The notes beneath the pieces were generated by a model. The model was not told the origin of the DNA. It did not search any database and saw only the letters and a program-made list of their open reading frames with translations. From Fidelibacterota bacterium (GTDB taxonomy: Bacteria; Fidelibacterota; Marinisomatia; Marinisomatales; TCS55): DNA of 32,000 nucleotides. The position numbers were made by a program, and so were the translations under genes. Below, piece by piece: positions 1-9,643 of this stretch. The DNA is taken from assembly GCA_004124385.1 (NCBI GenBank), contig SCKN01000008.1:14648-46647 (forward strand), read 5' to 3'. Within the stretch, counting starts at the first letter, position 1, and the number at the start of each line of letters is the position of its first letter.

Positions 1-1399
1 AGTATGATTCACTATTACTAAATAAATATTCTGTGATTGAATGAATTTCCTGTTTAGTTCGTTGCACAGATTTTGCATCATTGTTATTTGTTATATTAAA
101 GAAATGAGGCATCCATGTATTGTGACGAAAATCTCTGGGACTGTTGATCCATTTCCAAGTCCAATCATTAGTCGTCTTAGAAGCAATCTTTGCCAAGTTT
201 GGCCCGGTTTTAGGTTTTCCTTCCCAGCGATCCAATTGATGGCACCCAAAACAACCGGCCCGTTCTACAATTGCCATACCAAGCGAAAGTGTTTCGGCCC
301 CAGCTATAGGCATATTTCCACTGTGACATTTAAAACAGCCGGCCTCCATATTCTGTTTTGTGAACATAGGGTTATCCCAATGATGCATGGGGTGCCAATC
401 ATAATTTTCTTCCCATTCATGGGCTTGATCCGGACTTGAGGGCGAATGTGCAGTAGAATTAAAACCTGTCCCTCTTCCGCGCCCTGCATGACACGTCGTA
501 CAACCAAATTCACTCATTGGATGGGGAGAATTCGGACCGACCATTTGATCTAGATTAGGATGCGTTGAATAAGGCTGGGGAGCATTTTCAAATCCCTTTT
601 TATCAATACCCATATGGCAGGTCATGCATCGATCCACTTTCGGCATACCCATATAAATCAGATCTTCTTCAATATCTTTTACAACAACCTGTTTCACCTC
701 ATAATAAGGATCAATAAAATCTAAAACCGGAAGGTCACGAACTACATTTGCAATTTTGTTGGAGAAAGACATTTTTCCCGGATCAGTCTTTAATAATTTT
801 CTAGCAGTAAGATCCCGTTTGTGACTTATAGAATTCAATTCGTCATTATATGTTTTTTGTTCAGAATAAAGTTTGGCTAATTGATCTTCAAGATTTTCTA
901 ACTTCTTCTCAACTTCTTCCAATTCCAACTTAAACCCGGTTGTAAGCTCATCTAATTCTTTAAGATTTTTTTCAGCTGATACTAAATCTCCAAGTCCATG
1001 TCGAGCTTGATCTGCTTTATATTTTGCAACATCATATTCAGCTTTAGCAAATTGATGATTTTGATTCACACCATAGCGAACAGCATCAATATCTTTAATC
1101 TTTGCATTTAAATCATCAATTTCTTCGACCTTATCTTGCAATTTTTCATCAGCTTTTGATAATAGATTTAAAATCTCTTTATAATCATGATTGCTTTCAA
1201 GAGTGGAGTTCAATTCAGCAAGGTTTTTATTAATCTTTTCTATTTCTACAGAACGAAATTCTTTTTGAAATTTTTTCCAAGGTCGCTGATAATCATCAAC
1301 AAAGGCTAAAACAAATATACCGGCAAAAAGCAAACTGGATAAGGCAAACCAACGATTCAGTTTGAGAATGTTATAATATCGTTCCTGTTGATCAATCAT
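1..1399 (-). CDS. Membrane-anchored multiheme cytochrome c with N-terminal TM helix and long coiled coil (3' end beyond the window)
   Basis: Open minus frame from ATG at 1397-1399 to the left edge, absent from the ORF track because its stop is outside the window. Manual translation starts MIDQQERYYNILKLNRWFALSSLLFAGIFVLAFVDDYQRP and contains CMTCH, CTTCH, CFKCH and CFGCH. It sits directly downstream of cytochrome b and Rieske genes. Confidence 0.9.
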   Translation of the reverse strand, partial: MIDQQERYYNILKLNRWFALSSLLFAGIFVLAFVDDYQRPWKKFQKEFRSVEIEKINKNLAELNSTLESNHDYKEILNLLSKADEKLQDKVEEIDDLNAKIKDIDAVRYGVNQNHQFAKAEYDVAKYKADQARHGLGDLVSAEKNLKELDELTTGFKLELEEVEKKLENLEDQLAKLYSEQKTYNDELNSISHKRDLTARKLLKTDPGKMSFSNKIANVVRDLPVLDFIDPYYEVKQVVVKDIEEDLIYMGMPKVDRCMTCHMGIDKKGFENAPQPYSTHPNLDQMVGPNSPHPMSEFGCTTCHAGRGRGTGFNSTAHSPSSPDQAHEWEENYDWHPMHHWDNPMFTKQNMEAGCFKCHSGNMPIAGAETLSLGMAIVERAGCFGCHQLDRWEGKPKTGPNLAKIASKTTNDWTWKWINSPRDFRHNTWMPHFFNITNNNDAKSVQRTKQEIHSITEYLFSNSESY

Positions 1400-1420
1400 C
1401 TTTTTTTATATAATCAATAT

Positions 1421-2539
1421 TTAAAAATTGAAAAAATATTCAGGGATAGCTATAATGTATTTCAAATTGAACATCCAACGTAAATACATCTTAATAGGTA
1501 ATGTTATAGCAATCAATATCAACATAATAAAAAACGAATATTTAAAACTCCCTAATCGTGCAAATAATTTTTTACACATAGTTTTAGCCAATAACGGAGG
1601 TAAAATCAGAAAATACCCTAATACGACAATTATCCCCCAAATCTCCCTGAAAATGATACTTTTTGGTAACCCTGTATTCATCCATTTAATATAAATATAT
1701 TCAGAAAAATTGATATTGGTAAGTGCTTCAAGTTTGTGAATGTCCCAATATTCAAAGGGACCAAAAAAGTTCCAGTTAGGACCCCGTAAGAATGTACCTA
1801 CAATAATGAGCATATCCCATAATACCAGCCATCCAAACATGAATAGAGCAATCGACATCTTTCGATTTTTAAAACTATAATATCCAGATCCCGCAGGTTC
1901 ATTATCCATATATGGGATTGCAATTAACCCTACGATAATTAAAGTCGGTAAAACAACACCAGCCATCCAAGGATCAAAATATACGAGCATTTCCTGTAGA
2001 CCTAAGAAGTACCATGGTGCTTTTGCAGGATTAGGAGATTCAGCAGGGTTCGCGGGCTCTTCAATAGGTGCTGGTAAACCTATGGACCAAATCATCAAAA
2101 ATGCCGAACATAAAATCAGGGCAATAAATTCAACATACACAAGATCCGGCCATACAAGCACTTTATCATTTGGCGCATCATATTGTTCATCTATCGGTTC
2201 TCCCCGTTCTAGTTTTGCATCATTTTCATATGCCTGGTGCATAGACAACCATGTAAAAAAATACACCAGAAAAATTAAGCCGGAGATTGGTACATTGTCT
2301 GGTTTTAAAACAATCGACCTGAAATCAGGATCTGAAATGCCAATAACGAAAAACGCTGCCATTAGAATTGAAGCAATGACCATGGATTTGCTTGACCAAA
2401 GAACATACAATTTTAACCGGCGATTCCATTTATCAAACCAGTCATTAATGGGGAAAATAAAGAAAAATATAATTAGCGTCGACGTAAATAAAATCGTCGG
2501 ATTCGAAATTGTATCAATAAAATGTTTAAAACTTTCCAT
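1421..2539 (-). CDS. Cytochrome b C-terminal-domain subunit of a bc-type quinol oxidoreductase
   Basis: 372 aa hydrophobic protein with NPAKAPWYFLGLQEML (PEWY-region variant), adjacent to the cytochrome b N-terminal subunit and Rieske gene. Confidence 0.9.
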   Translation of the reverse strand: MESFKHFIDTISNPTILFTSTLIIFFFIFPINDWFDKWNRRLKLYVLWSSKSMVIASILMAAFFVIGISDPDFRSIVLKPDNVPISGLIFLVYFFTWLSMHQAYENDAKLERGEPIDEQYDAPNDKVLVWPDLVYVEFIALILCSAFLMIWSIGLPAPIEEPANPAESPNPAKAPWYFLGLQEMLVYFDPWMAGVVLPTLIIVGLIAIPYMDNEPAGSGYYSFKNRKMSIALFMFGWLVLWDMLIIVGTFLRGPNWNFFGPFEYWDIHKLEALTNINFSEYIYIKWMNTGLPKSIIFREIWGIIVVLGYFLILPPLLAKTMCKKLFARLGSFKYSFFIMLILIAITLPIKMYLRWMFNLKYIIAIPEYFFNF

Positions 2540-2541
2540 TA

Positions 2542-3312
2542 TTACACAGGAGTTGAAATACCTCCGTCTTTACGAATTCGCCAGAAATGTACAGCCATAA
2601 AGATCATAATAATAAACGGTAAGCCAATGCAGTGTAATACATAAAATCGTAAAAGTGCACCTTCGCCCATAAATCGTCCACCGATCAAAGCAAAACGCAT
2701 ATCACTACCCATGGTAACAAAATTTATATCTCCTATAGCTAATAAAGCGGCACCTGGCCCTTCATGTCCAACAAAAGGCGCTGCTCGAGCCATATTTGAT
2801 CCAACAGTAATGGCCCAAATTGCCAATTGATCCCAAGGCAGTAAATACCCTGTAAAACTCAATAACAATGTTAACAGTAAGAGAATCACACCAACAGCCC
2901 AGTTGAATTCTCTTGGTGGTTTATAAGAACCTGTCATGAAAACCCTAAACATATGTAGCCATACAGTGATCACCATGGCATGGGCACCCCAACGGTGAAT
3001 TTCTCTCATGATGCCAAAAGGAACTTGTTCTGCTAAATCAATAATATCGGTATAGGCGTATTCAATCGTGGGACGATAATAAAACATAAGCAAAATACCC
3101 GAAATAGTCAGAATAAGAAATATGAAAAAAGATAATCCGCCCATACACCATGTGAATTTTAATTTAACAGCATGTTTTGGTAATCGTACCGGATGGAGAT
3201 GAAGAAATACACTGTTCAACACCACCATCATTCTCTGACGGCGACTCTTGGGAACACCACCACCACGGAATATGGATTTATAAAATTGAGTCTCTCTAAA
3301 TTTTTCTAACAT
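2542..3312 (-). CDS. Cytochrome b N-terminal-domain (b6-like) subunit
   Basis: 256 aa with GGLSFFIFLILTISGILLMFYYRPT, REIHRWGAHAMVITVWLHMFRVFMTG and FYVLHCIGLPFIIMIFMAVHFWRIRKDGG, i.e. paired heme-ligand histidines. Confidence 0.95.
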   Translation of the reverse strand: MLEKFRETQFYKSIFRGGGVPKSRRQRMMVVLNSVFLHLHPVRLPKHAVKLKFTWCMGGLSFFIFLILTISGILLMFYYRPTIEYAYTDIIDLAEQVPFGIMREIHRWGAHAMVITVWLHMFRVFMTGSYKPPREFNWAVGVILLLLTLLLSFTGYLLPWDQLAIWAITVGSNMARAAPFVGHEGPGAALLAIGDINFVTMGSDMRFALIGGRFMGEGALLRFYVLHCIGLPFIIMIFMAVHFWRIRKDGGISTPV

Positions 3313-3322
3313 AAGTTATCCA

Positions 3323-3895
3323 TTATACGTTCAAAAATGCTTCAGGATCATTCCATTGACCCTTTTCTTGTTGAAATTTTATTGTTTTATCGACGATGAT
3401 TTGGCCATTGTCAGCCAATGTAATCTTGAATCTTTCAAGGGGACGCGGCGCCGGGCCTTCAAAGTTAATCCCCGTTTTAAAAAATCCGCTACCGTGGCAT
3501 GGGCATTTAAATTTTTGCTCTGAATTTAACCAGTTTGGTGTACAGCCAAGATGAGTACACGTGGTTGAAAGTACATATATTCCTTCATTATTTCTAACGA
3601 TCCACACACCATATTTGTTTTTCCAGCGTAAATCTACTTCACCAATAGTATAATCATCTGGGAATCCAGCTCGGAACGTTTGTACAGGTTCAAATAATAC
3701 ATTCGGGAAAAAGAAGCGAAGCATCATCGTAAAAAATCCACCCGTAGCAGCAATAAATGCAAACCAACCTATGGATAACCATGAAAAAAACGAACGTCGA
3801 GATATTTGATCACCCGTATCCGCTTTGTCAAGAGCTGCCGGAGGACGTCGTCCCGGTTCTTTCGTTGCAGATTTTTTAGATATTATTTCAGCCAT
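3323..3895 (-). CDS. Rieske iron-sulfur protein
   Basis: CTHLGC and CPCHGSGF cluster motifs; N-terminal RRSFFSWLSIGWF signal/anchor. Confidence 0.95.
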   Translation of the reverse strand: MAEIISKKSATKEPGRRPPAALDKADTGDQISRRSFFSWLSIGWFAFIAATGGFFTMMLRFFFPNVLFEPVQTFRAGFPDDYTIGEVDLRWKNKYGVWIVRNNEGIYVLSTTCTHLGCTPNWLNSEQKFKCPCHGSGFFKTGINFEGPAPRPLERFKITLADNGQIIVDKTIKFQQEKGQWNDPEAFLNV

Positions 3896-3903
3896 TTATA
3901 TTC

Positions 3904-4779
3904 TTATTTATTTAAAGCGCGTCGTGCTGCTTCTCGTACTTTCATGCTGCGGTCATTGTCTCTCAAATTTCTTAACATCGATTCAAATTCTGCATCAATT
4001 ATATTTGGTATAACTTGAATTGCCACCAACATAGCTTGATCCTGTTCTAATGGATCAATATTAGGAAATGAATCTAAATAGTTTCTATCTAATAGGTCTA
4101 ATAAAATCATACTGCCTCGATTATTTTTTATTTTTGCCAATGCGACAGCTGCATCCCAACGGATATTAACTTCTTGATCAGCCAGTGCTGATACGAATAT
4201 ATCTTCCGCTTCAATTTTTCGATAGTTTCCCAATGAAATAATGCTTTGCAGCCGAACTTGTGCATCTTCATGATCTGTCATATTTTGTAAAGCAACAAAT
4301 CCATCACTGCTTCGAATTAGTCCTAAAGAATGGGCACATGATGCTACGATTGAATAATCTTTATCTTGCAATGCATTAATTAATGTAGATATATAACGTT
4401 CATCACCGGTTCTGCCCATAGCCAAGGCTAAGTAAGATCGAATAAGAGGATTACGTTCATGAACTGAATATTCAAAAGTTGAAATCATTTCTTGAACAAA
4501 TCTTTCATCCTTCGGCACCATTTTAGGGTTGGAAAGAATTTTAGATAACTCGAATGCTCCCTGCCAACGTTTTGTTGTTCCACCTATTTTAACATGTTCT
4601 AAATAATCTTGAGCTGTGTTGGGTTCTACAGTCAGAACTTTAACCATCAAAAAAACGATAACAGCAAAAATAGCAATTAAAAAAGGGACAACAAAAAAGC
4701 TGTGTATAATAACTCGCAGAGCTGATTTTTTTACCGGCTCTTGTTCTTCAATATTCTCTATTTTGATTTTGTCAGTCAT
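3904..4779 (-). CDS. HEAT-repeat membrane protein associated with the cytochrome bc cluster
   Basis: N-terminal TM helix followed by HEAT-like repeats (VRLQSIISLGNYRKIEAEDIFVSALADQEVNIRWDAAVALAKI). The track start at 4827 lies inside tRNA-Leu; the internal Met (MTDKIKIENIEEQ) at 4779 is the likelier start. Confidence 0.8.
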   Translation of the reverse strand: MTDKIKIENIEEQEPVKKSALRVIIHSFFVVPFLIAIFAVIVFLMVKVLTVEPNTAQDYLEHVKIGGTTKRWQGAFELSKILSNPKMVPKDERFVQEMISTFEYSVHERNPLIRSYLALAMGRTGDERYISTLINALQDKDYSIVASCAHSLGLIRSSDGFVALQNMTDHEDAQVRLQSIISLGNYRKIEAEDIFVSALADQEVNIRWDAAVALAKIKNNRGSMILLDLLDRNYLDSFPNIDPLEQDQAMLVAIQVIPNIIDAEFESMLRNLRDNDRSMKVREAARRALNK

Positions 4780-4787
4780 TTTGTTTG

Positions 4788-4870
4788 TGCCGCGGAAAGG
4801 AGTCGAACCTTCACACCCGATGGGCACCAGATCCTAAATCTGGCGTGTCTACCAATTCCACCACCGCGGC
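4788..4870 (-). tRNA. tRNA-Leu, anticodon UAG
   Basis: Minus strand GCCGCGG acceptor pairs with CCGCGGC. Anticodon arm is CCAGA-TTTAGGA-TCTGG, followed by a variable arm and T arm (GGTTCGACTCC). About 83 nt; CCA not encoded. Confidence 0.93.
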
Positions 4871-4919
4871 TGATTGTGTATGAAAAAAGCAGACAAAGTT
4901 AAGTGTTAAATAAAATCAT

Positions 4920-4953
4920 AAAAATAAAAAAGGGCAGAAATTTCTGCCCTTTA
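4920..4953 (-). terminator. Rho-independent terminator downstream of the large secreted protein gene
   Basis: Perfect palindrome agggcagaaatttctgccct at 4931-4950 flanked by an A run on the plus strand (T run on the minus strand), just after the stop at 4974. Confidence 0.75.
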
Positions 4954-4973
4954 TATTTAAGGATTTAAGAAAT

Positions 4974-7900
4974 TTATTTTAATAAAATCAGTTTTTGTGA
5001 TTGTACAAGTCCGGACGATTCCAATCTATAAATATAAACACCGGCGCTCACACTTTGGCCGTGGTTATCCTTCGCATCCCAGATGATAGTTTTTGTCCCA
5101 GCATGATCAAATCCTTTTGCCAGCGTCCGTACTTCTCGTCCAGTTAGATCAAAAATACGAAGATCAACATAACTTGCTTGGGGCAAATCATACCGTATGT
5201 TTGTCATAGGATTGAATGGATTTGGGTAAGCAGGATGCAGTGCAAACTTAACTGGTATTTCAATTTCTTCGTCTACACTCAAGTTTGCTTCGAGAATTGC
5301 AAATCCTATCCCACTAGATGGAATAGAATTCAATCCAGCATCTGCTGAATACACTTCACTTATCCATGTGATCACATCACCGGTTAAACCTGTATTCATT
5401 CTAATATCATAGCTAACTTCCATAATTTCGCCCGAACCAGCTGCTATACCATTAGCTAAATCATGAGCGAAAACACGCGCTGTACCATCTTCTTGTTCAC
5501 CTGTTTGTCCGCCATCAATAGATCCATTGAATCGACCGACTGCAGTCACATCCGTTACTACAATTCCATCCGGTGCATCTGCAAGGAATAAATCAACAAC
5601 ATATACTGGAGATGAGTTTTCCAATTCAATGGAAATGGTTTGAGCTGATTCATCCACAGAACCGATGGAATATATAGCGTCGGGTGAACCTATATATATT
5701 TTACTTTCAAATAATTCAGCATGCATAGGAATATTATTTTGATCAACTACTACTACTTCTTCCATAAATAACTCTGCAGTTGATCCGACAGGCGCATTAG
5801 GATCAATATAGAGGGATATATCGGCAATATGGCCTGTCCCTCCAGGTAAGGGATTACTCAATGAATTATCAAATAATAGGATTCGATATTGATTTCCAAC
5901 ATTATTTCCATCTACAGTCCAGTTACTAAAGTCGTGATAGTTTGTTGCAGCAATTGCAATACCGCTAACATAATCAGGATAATCCGTTAAGAAAATCTGT
6001 ACTCCATATACATCTTGAGTATTATTAATCAGTAATGGGATGGTAATCAAATCACCAGGATTACCATGAACATTGGGCATGACTAAAAATTGAGTTTCAA
6101 CCGTTACTTCAAAAGTTGCTCCTTCTGCAGTCCAAATCATATCATTAGTATTCGCATCCTTAACTTGTGTCGATGTAGTAAAATTTAAATTACATAAATA
6201 TTGATCTTGGCTAGTAGCCATGACTATCACTTTACAAACAGCACCATCGCCCGCGGACATATGATCAACATTTCCTAGAATAGCTGAACCAGTTACCACT
6301 ATGTTTCCACCAACTTCATTGACGTCAAGATACCAACCAGTGGTACGGTCAGTCTCAAAAATCTCGCCATACTGAGCAATTAAATAATCAGGTTCATCCT
6401 CAATTACAAAGAAAAAAGAACTGATTTCAGATTCATTATTGATAAATATTTCCAATGTGTCGGTTGCGCCTGACAATGCAGCCCCGCTACTGATGGATAA
6501 TTCAACCCATTCAATAGGTGTGGCGTCTGCGGTGTTGGATGGGCCGGATTCTGTGCCATCTGGAGTATAGTCAGCTTTTATATAATAATAGTAGGTAGTG
6601 CCGTTAATTACATCTTCATCCATGTATGTCAATACATCAGGTCCGACTGATGCTATCATGTCTATGTTCGTACCGTCAATTGTACGATAAATATTGTACG
6701 CAGTAACAAGTACATCACGATCAACATGTTGAGGTTCAAGTGGATTGTCCCAATCCACTTTCTGTTGATATGTAATTCCGTTAGGATACTGTTCCACTAC
6801 TTCCGCTTTATCTGCAGTGATGACCCATTGCCCGAATTCATTAAAATCAAAGTGAATATTGCGAGCAATGCGACCTCCTGAAAAACTGACCAGAATATCA
6901 TCTATTGCCCAGCCAGAAGCCCACACACCGTTATCATTTGAATGAAAGGCAATATAAAATTCGTTTTCACCTGCATATTCATTCAAATCAACGGTTTCAG
7001 TGACCCACTCTGCGCTGGCAGGTAACGAATAAACTTCAGTGAAATTGACACCATCTGTGCTGATCTCAACATGTGCAGTTTGACTGTATGCGCCATCATA
7101 ATAAGAAGCAAAACTCAATTGAAAATCAGTTGCCCCATTTGTATTTAAAGATGGAGTAATCAAATAATCTACTGAACCATCATCGTCTGCTGCATCATCA
7201 TTGGAGCAGGCATAGTATGTATGCGATGGGATTGCCCAAAAAGCACTGGATCCATCTTGGGTGATAAACCAACCTACTGCTGAATTTGTAGTCGTTGTCC
7301 AGCCTTCAGGAAATGCACCATCTTCAAAATCTACTTCAATATCATTCCCTACCGGGCCATAAGGTGCATCCCAAGCCAAGGGGACCATCCCGTCCAAGCC
7401 GGATGTTGCTTCCAAGTTATGGGGTTCTTCCATATATCCAGGAAATACGGTGACGTACCCTGTGTCCAGACCAGCAATCCAGTACACACCGCCGATGTCA
7501 TCAGATACAACCACTTCGTTAAAAAATAAAGCAACATCACCCCCATAAGCATCACTGTGAATTGTGAGATCTAAATTCAGGATGGGCCCTGTACCAGCTG
7601 ATATATTATTCCCAGTATCATCATATACCAACACCCGGGTGCCATGGTCAATATCAGTCATTGTCACAGTGAAACCAGAGGTGCGATCAGTTGTCGTAAT
7701 GTCTGCAACGGTTACATTATCTGGAGAATCATATAAATCAAATTGAACACCACCGACTATACCACCGTTATCCATATCCACTGTTACACTGACTGTTTCA
7801 TTAACATCGCCTGTTGTATCGGTCAAAGTAAGAGAAACGACTTGGCCAATGGTAATAGATCCATCGCTTCCGGTAGATGAGATGGACCCACCGCTTGAAT

Positions 7901-8318
7901 CACTTACAATCAAACCGGATATTAAAAGATTAATTTGAGCTGATACAATGGAGGAACCATCAAAATGTAATATTATGACAGTATCAGCATTGACAGCAAT
8001 AGATGCATTGCCGGCAGCATTATAAAGAAGCACACGATACACATTATCGCTTAAAGAATTGTAATCAGCAGTAAAACCAGATGCAGCACCAACAGCATCT
8101 GCTCCTGACAAAGATATCATGCCCGGTGCAACTTCAACATCAAACTGAATACCAGCTACTCCATCGTTCGGATTTGTTAATATAACAGGTACTTCAATAT
8201 CAGATGAATACCCGTCAACTGTTGCAGCGCCAATCGTGACTACTACACTTTGAGCCATTATTGGTGCAGAAACACACAACATTATTAGGTAGAAATTCGC
8301 AAGTCTCCTCGTAATCAT
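4974..8318 (-). CDS. Large secreted multi-domain protein: repeated cohesin-like beta modules, MAM/choice-of-anchor-type and fibronectin-III-like domains, C-terminal FCB-type sorting domain
   Basis: 1114 aa with N-terminal signal peptide, repeated 'VQFDL/VQIFL ... GGTGHIADISL' type modules, and C-terminus AYPNPFNPMTNIRYDLP...VDLRIFDLTGREVRTL...IWDAKDNHGQSVSAGVYIYRLES....QKLILLK. Confidence 0.85.
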   Translation of the reverse strand: MITRRLANFYLIMLCVSAPIMAQSVVVTIGAATVDGYSSDIEVPVILTNPNDGVAGIQFDVEVAPGMISLSGADAVGAASGFTADYNSLSDNVYRVLLYNAAGNASIAVNADTVIILHFDGSSIVSAQINLLISGLIVSDSSGGSISSTGSDGSITIGQVVSLTLTDTTGDVNETVSVTVDMDNGGIVGGVQFDLYDSPDNVTVADITTTDRTSGFTVTMTDIDHGTRVLVYDDTGNNISAGTGPILNLDLTIHSDAYGGDVALFFNEVVVSDDIGGVYWIAGLDTGYVTVFPGYMEEPHNLEATSGLDGMVPLAWDAPYGPVGNDIEVDFEDGAFPEGWTTTTNSAVGWFITQDGSSAFWAIPSHTYYACSNDDAADDDGSVDYLITPSLNTNGATDFQLSFASYYDGAYSQTAHVEISTDGVNFTEVYSLPASAEWVTETVDLNEYAGENEFYIAFHSNDNGVWASGWAIDDILVSFSGGRIARNIHFDFNEFGQWVITADKAEVVEQYPNGITYQQKVDWDNPLEPQHVDRDVLVTAYNIYRTIDGTNIDMIASVGPDVLTYMDEDVINGTTYYYYIKADYTPDGTESGPSNTADATPIEWVELSISSGAALSGATDTLEIFINNESEISSFFFVIEDEPDYLIAQYGEIFETDRTTGWYLDVNEVGGNIVVTGSAILGNVDHMSAGDGAVCKVIVMATSQDQYLCNLNFTTSTQVKDANTNDMIWTAEGATFEVTVETQFLVMPNVHGNPGDLITIPLLINNTQDVYGVQIFLTDYPDYVSGIAIAATNYHDFSNWTVDGNNVGNQYRILLFDNSLSNPLPGGTGHIADISLYIDPNAPVGSTAELFMEEVVVVDQNNIPMHAELFESKIYIGSPDAIYSIGSVDESAQTISIELENSSPVYVVDLFLADAPDGIVVTDVTAVGRFNGSIDGGQTGEQEDGTARVFAHDLANGIAAGSGEIMEVSYDIRMNTGLTGDVITWISEVYSADAGLNSIPSSGIGFAILEANLSVDEEIEIPVKFALHPAYPNPFNPMTNIRYDLPQASYVDLRIFDLTGREVRTLAKGFDHAGTKTIIWDAKDNHGQSVSAGVYIYRLESSGLVQSQKLILLK

Positions 8319-8479
8319 AAATCGCCTCCGGTTAATTATCAGCGGTAAGAGGTAAAGTTGTTAAGTATCATTTTGTAATATAAAATCATATGTACTACAT
8401 TATTCTTTCTAAAACAAGTTTGTGAAAGTAATCAATTCACAAGGATTTTCCAGTTAATTTTTGAATAATTTGACGTACA

Positions 8480-9643
8480 TCACAATGCATTCATTAAATC
8501 ATTTTTCAAATCACTGAAATCCTCGATACCAACAGATAAACGGATGAGCCCCTCTGTAATACTCAAATCAAATTTTTTTTCTTCTGGGAGATCTCTATGT
8601 GTCATATTAAACGGATTTGAAATTAAACTTTCAACCCCTCCCAAACTTTCTGCTAATAAAAATATATTCAGTTTGGCTAAAAAGTTATTTCTTGCTTGAA
8701 TAGTACCAAGATCAATGGAAATTATGCTCCCAAATATAGGTTTACCATCAGGCGTCAATTGTTGTTTAGAAGCTAAATCATGTTGTGGAAATGATGCCAA
8801 TCCCGGATAGATCACTCTATCTAAATTTTGTTCTGCCAACCACTGAGCCAGTTTCATTGCTGTATCACATTGTCGCTGGACTCTTAATGACAATGTTTTA
8901 GTCGAACGTAATAGCAGCCAGCAATCGAAGGCGCTGGGAATGGCACCACCTGATTTTTGAATAAAATGCAGATTTTCAGCCAATTCATTTTTATTGGTGA
9001 TCAAAACACCACCCAGCAAATCACTGTGACCGCCAATAAATTTTGTTGAACTGTGCATAACAATATCAGCACCTAGTTCCAAGGGCCGTTGTCCATAAGG
9101 GCTCATAAAAGTATTATCTACTCCGAAAAGGATATCTTTGCTTTTGCAAATTTCAGAAAGTGATCGAACATCCGTTATTTCCAATAATGGATTCGTAGGC
9201 GTTTCGATAAAAACCATTTTTGTATTAGATTTGATTGATTGTTCTACTTTTTCTAATTCTTTTGTATCAACAAAATCAATTTCAAACCCATGGCGTTTAA
9301 ACACCTTTTCTAACACACGGTAAGTGCCGCCGTAAGTATTGCGCGAAACAATAAAATGGTCTCCTGCATCGAACGTTTGAAATAAAGCAGTCGTTGCAGC
9401 CATACCAGAAGAAAATGCAATGCCGTGGGCCCCGCCCTCTAACGATGCTATATTTTGTTCATGCATTCTTCGCGTTGGATTGTTTGCACGGGAATAATCA
9501 TAGCCTTTATTTTTGGATACACTTTCCTGCTTATATGTAGAAGTAGCGTAGATAGGTGGTATAACAGCGCCCGTTTCCTTATCGGCTTTATTCCCTACAT
9601 GAACAGCTTTTGTATTAAAACCTAATTTATCTGTTTTGCTCAA
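8480..9643 (-). CDS. Cystathionine gamma-synthase/beta-lyase family PLP enzyme
   Basis: Cys/Met metabolism PLP family motifs: YDYSRANNPTRRMHEQNIASLEGG, VFIETPTNPLLEITD, SSTKFIGGHSDLLGG. Exact reaction not resolvable from sequence. Confidence 0.9.
   Translation of the reverse strand: MSKTDKLGFNTKAVHVGNKADKETGAVIPPIYATSTYKQESVSKNKGYDYSRANNPTRRMHEQNIASLEGGAHGIAFSSGMAATTALFQTFDAGDHFIVSRNTYGGTYRVLEKVFKRHGFEIDFVDTKELEKVEQSIKSNTKMVFIETPTNPLLEITDVRSLSEICKSKDILFGVDNTFMSPYGQRPLELGADIVMHSSTKFIGGHSDLLGGVLITNKNELAENLHFIQKSGGAIPSAFDCWLLLRSTKTLSLRVQRQCDTAMKLAQWLAEQNLDRVIYPGLASFPQHDLASKQQLTPDGKPIFGSIISIDLGTIQARNNFLAKLNIFLLAESLGGVESLISNPFNMTHRDLPEEKKFDLSITEGLIRLSVGIEDFSDLKNDLMNAL

Noticed and set aside
41-439. 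132-aa plus-strand ORF in the track
   Set aside because: Antisense to the multiheme cytochrome frame, which has clear CxxCH motifs. Product has no recognisable features.
4616-4837. 73-aa plus-strand ORF
   Set aside because: Runs antisense through the HEAT-repeat gene and tRNA-Leu; spurious.
8420-8442. Inverted repeat ttgtgaa / ttcacaa downstream of the PLP-enzyme gene
   Set aside because: 7-bp AT-rich stem with only a weak T tract; not enough to call a terminator or operator.
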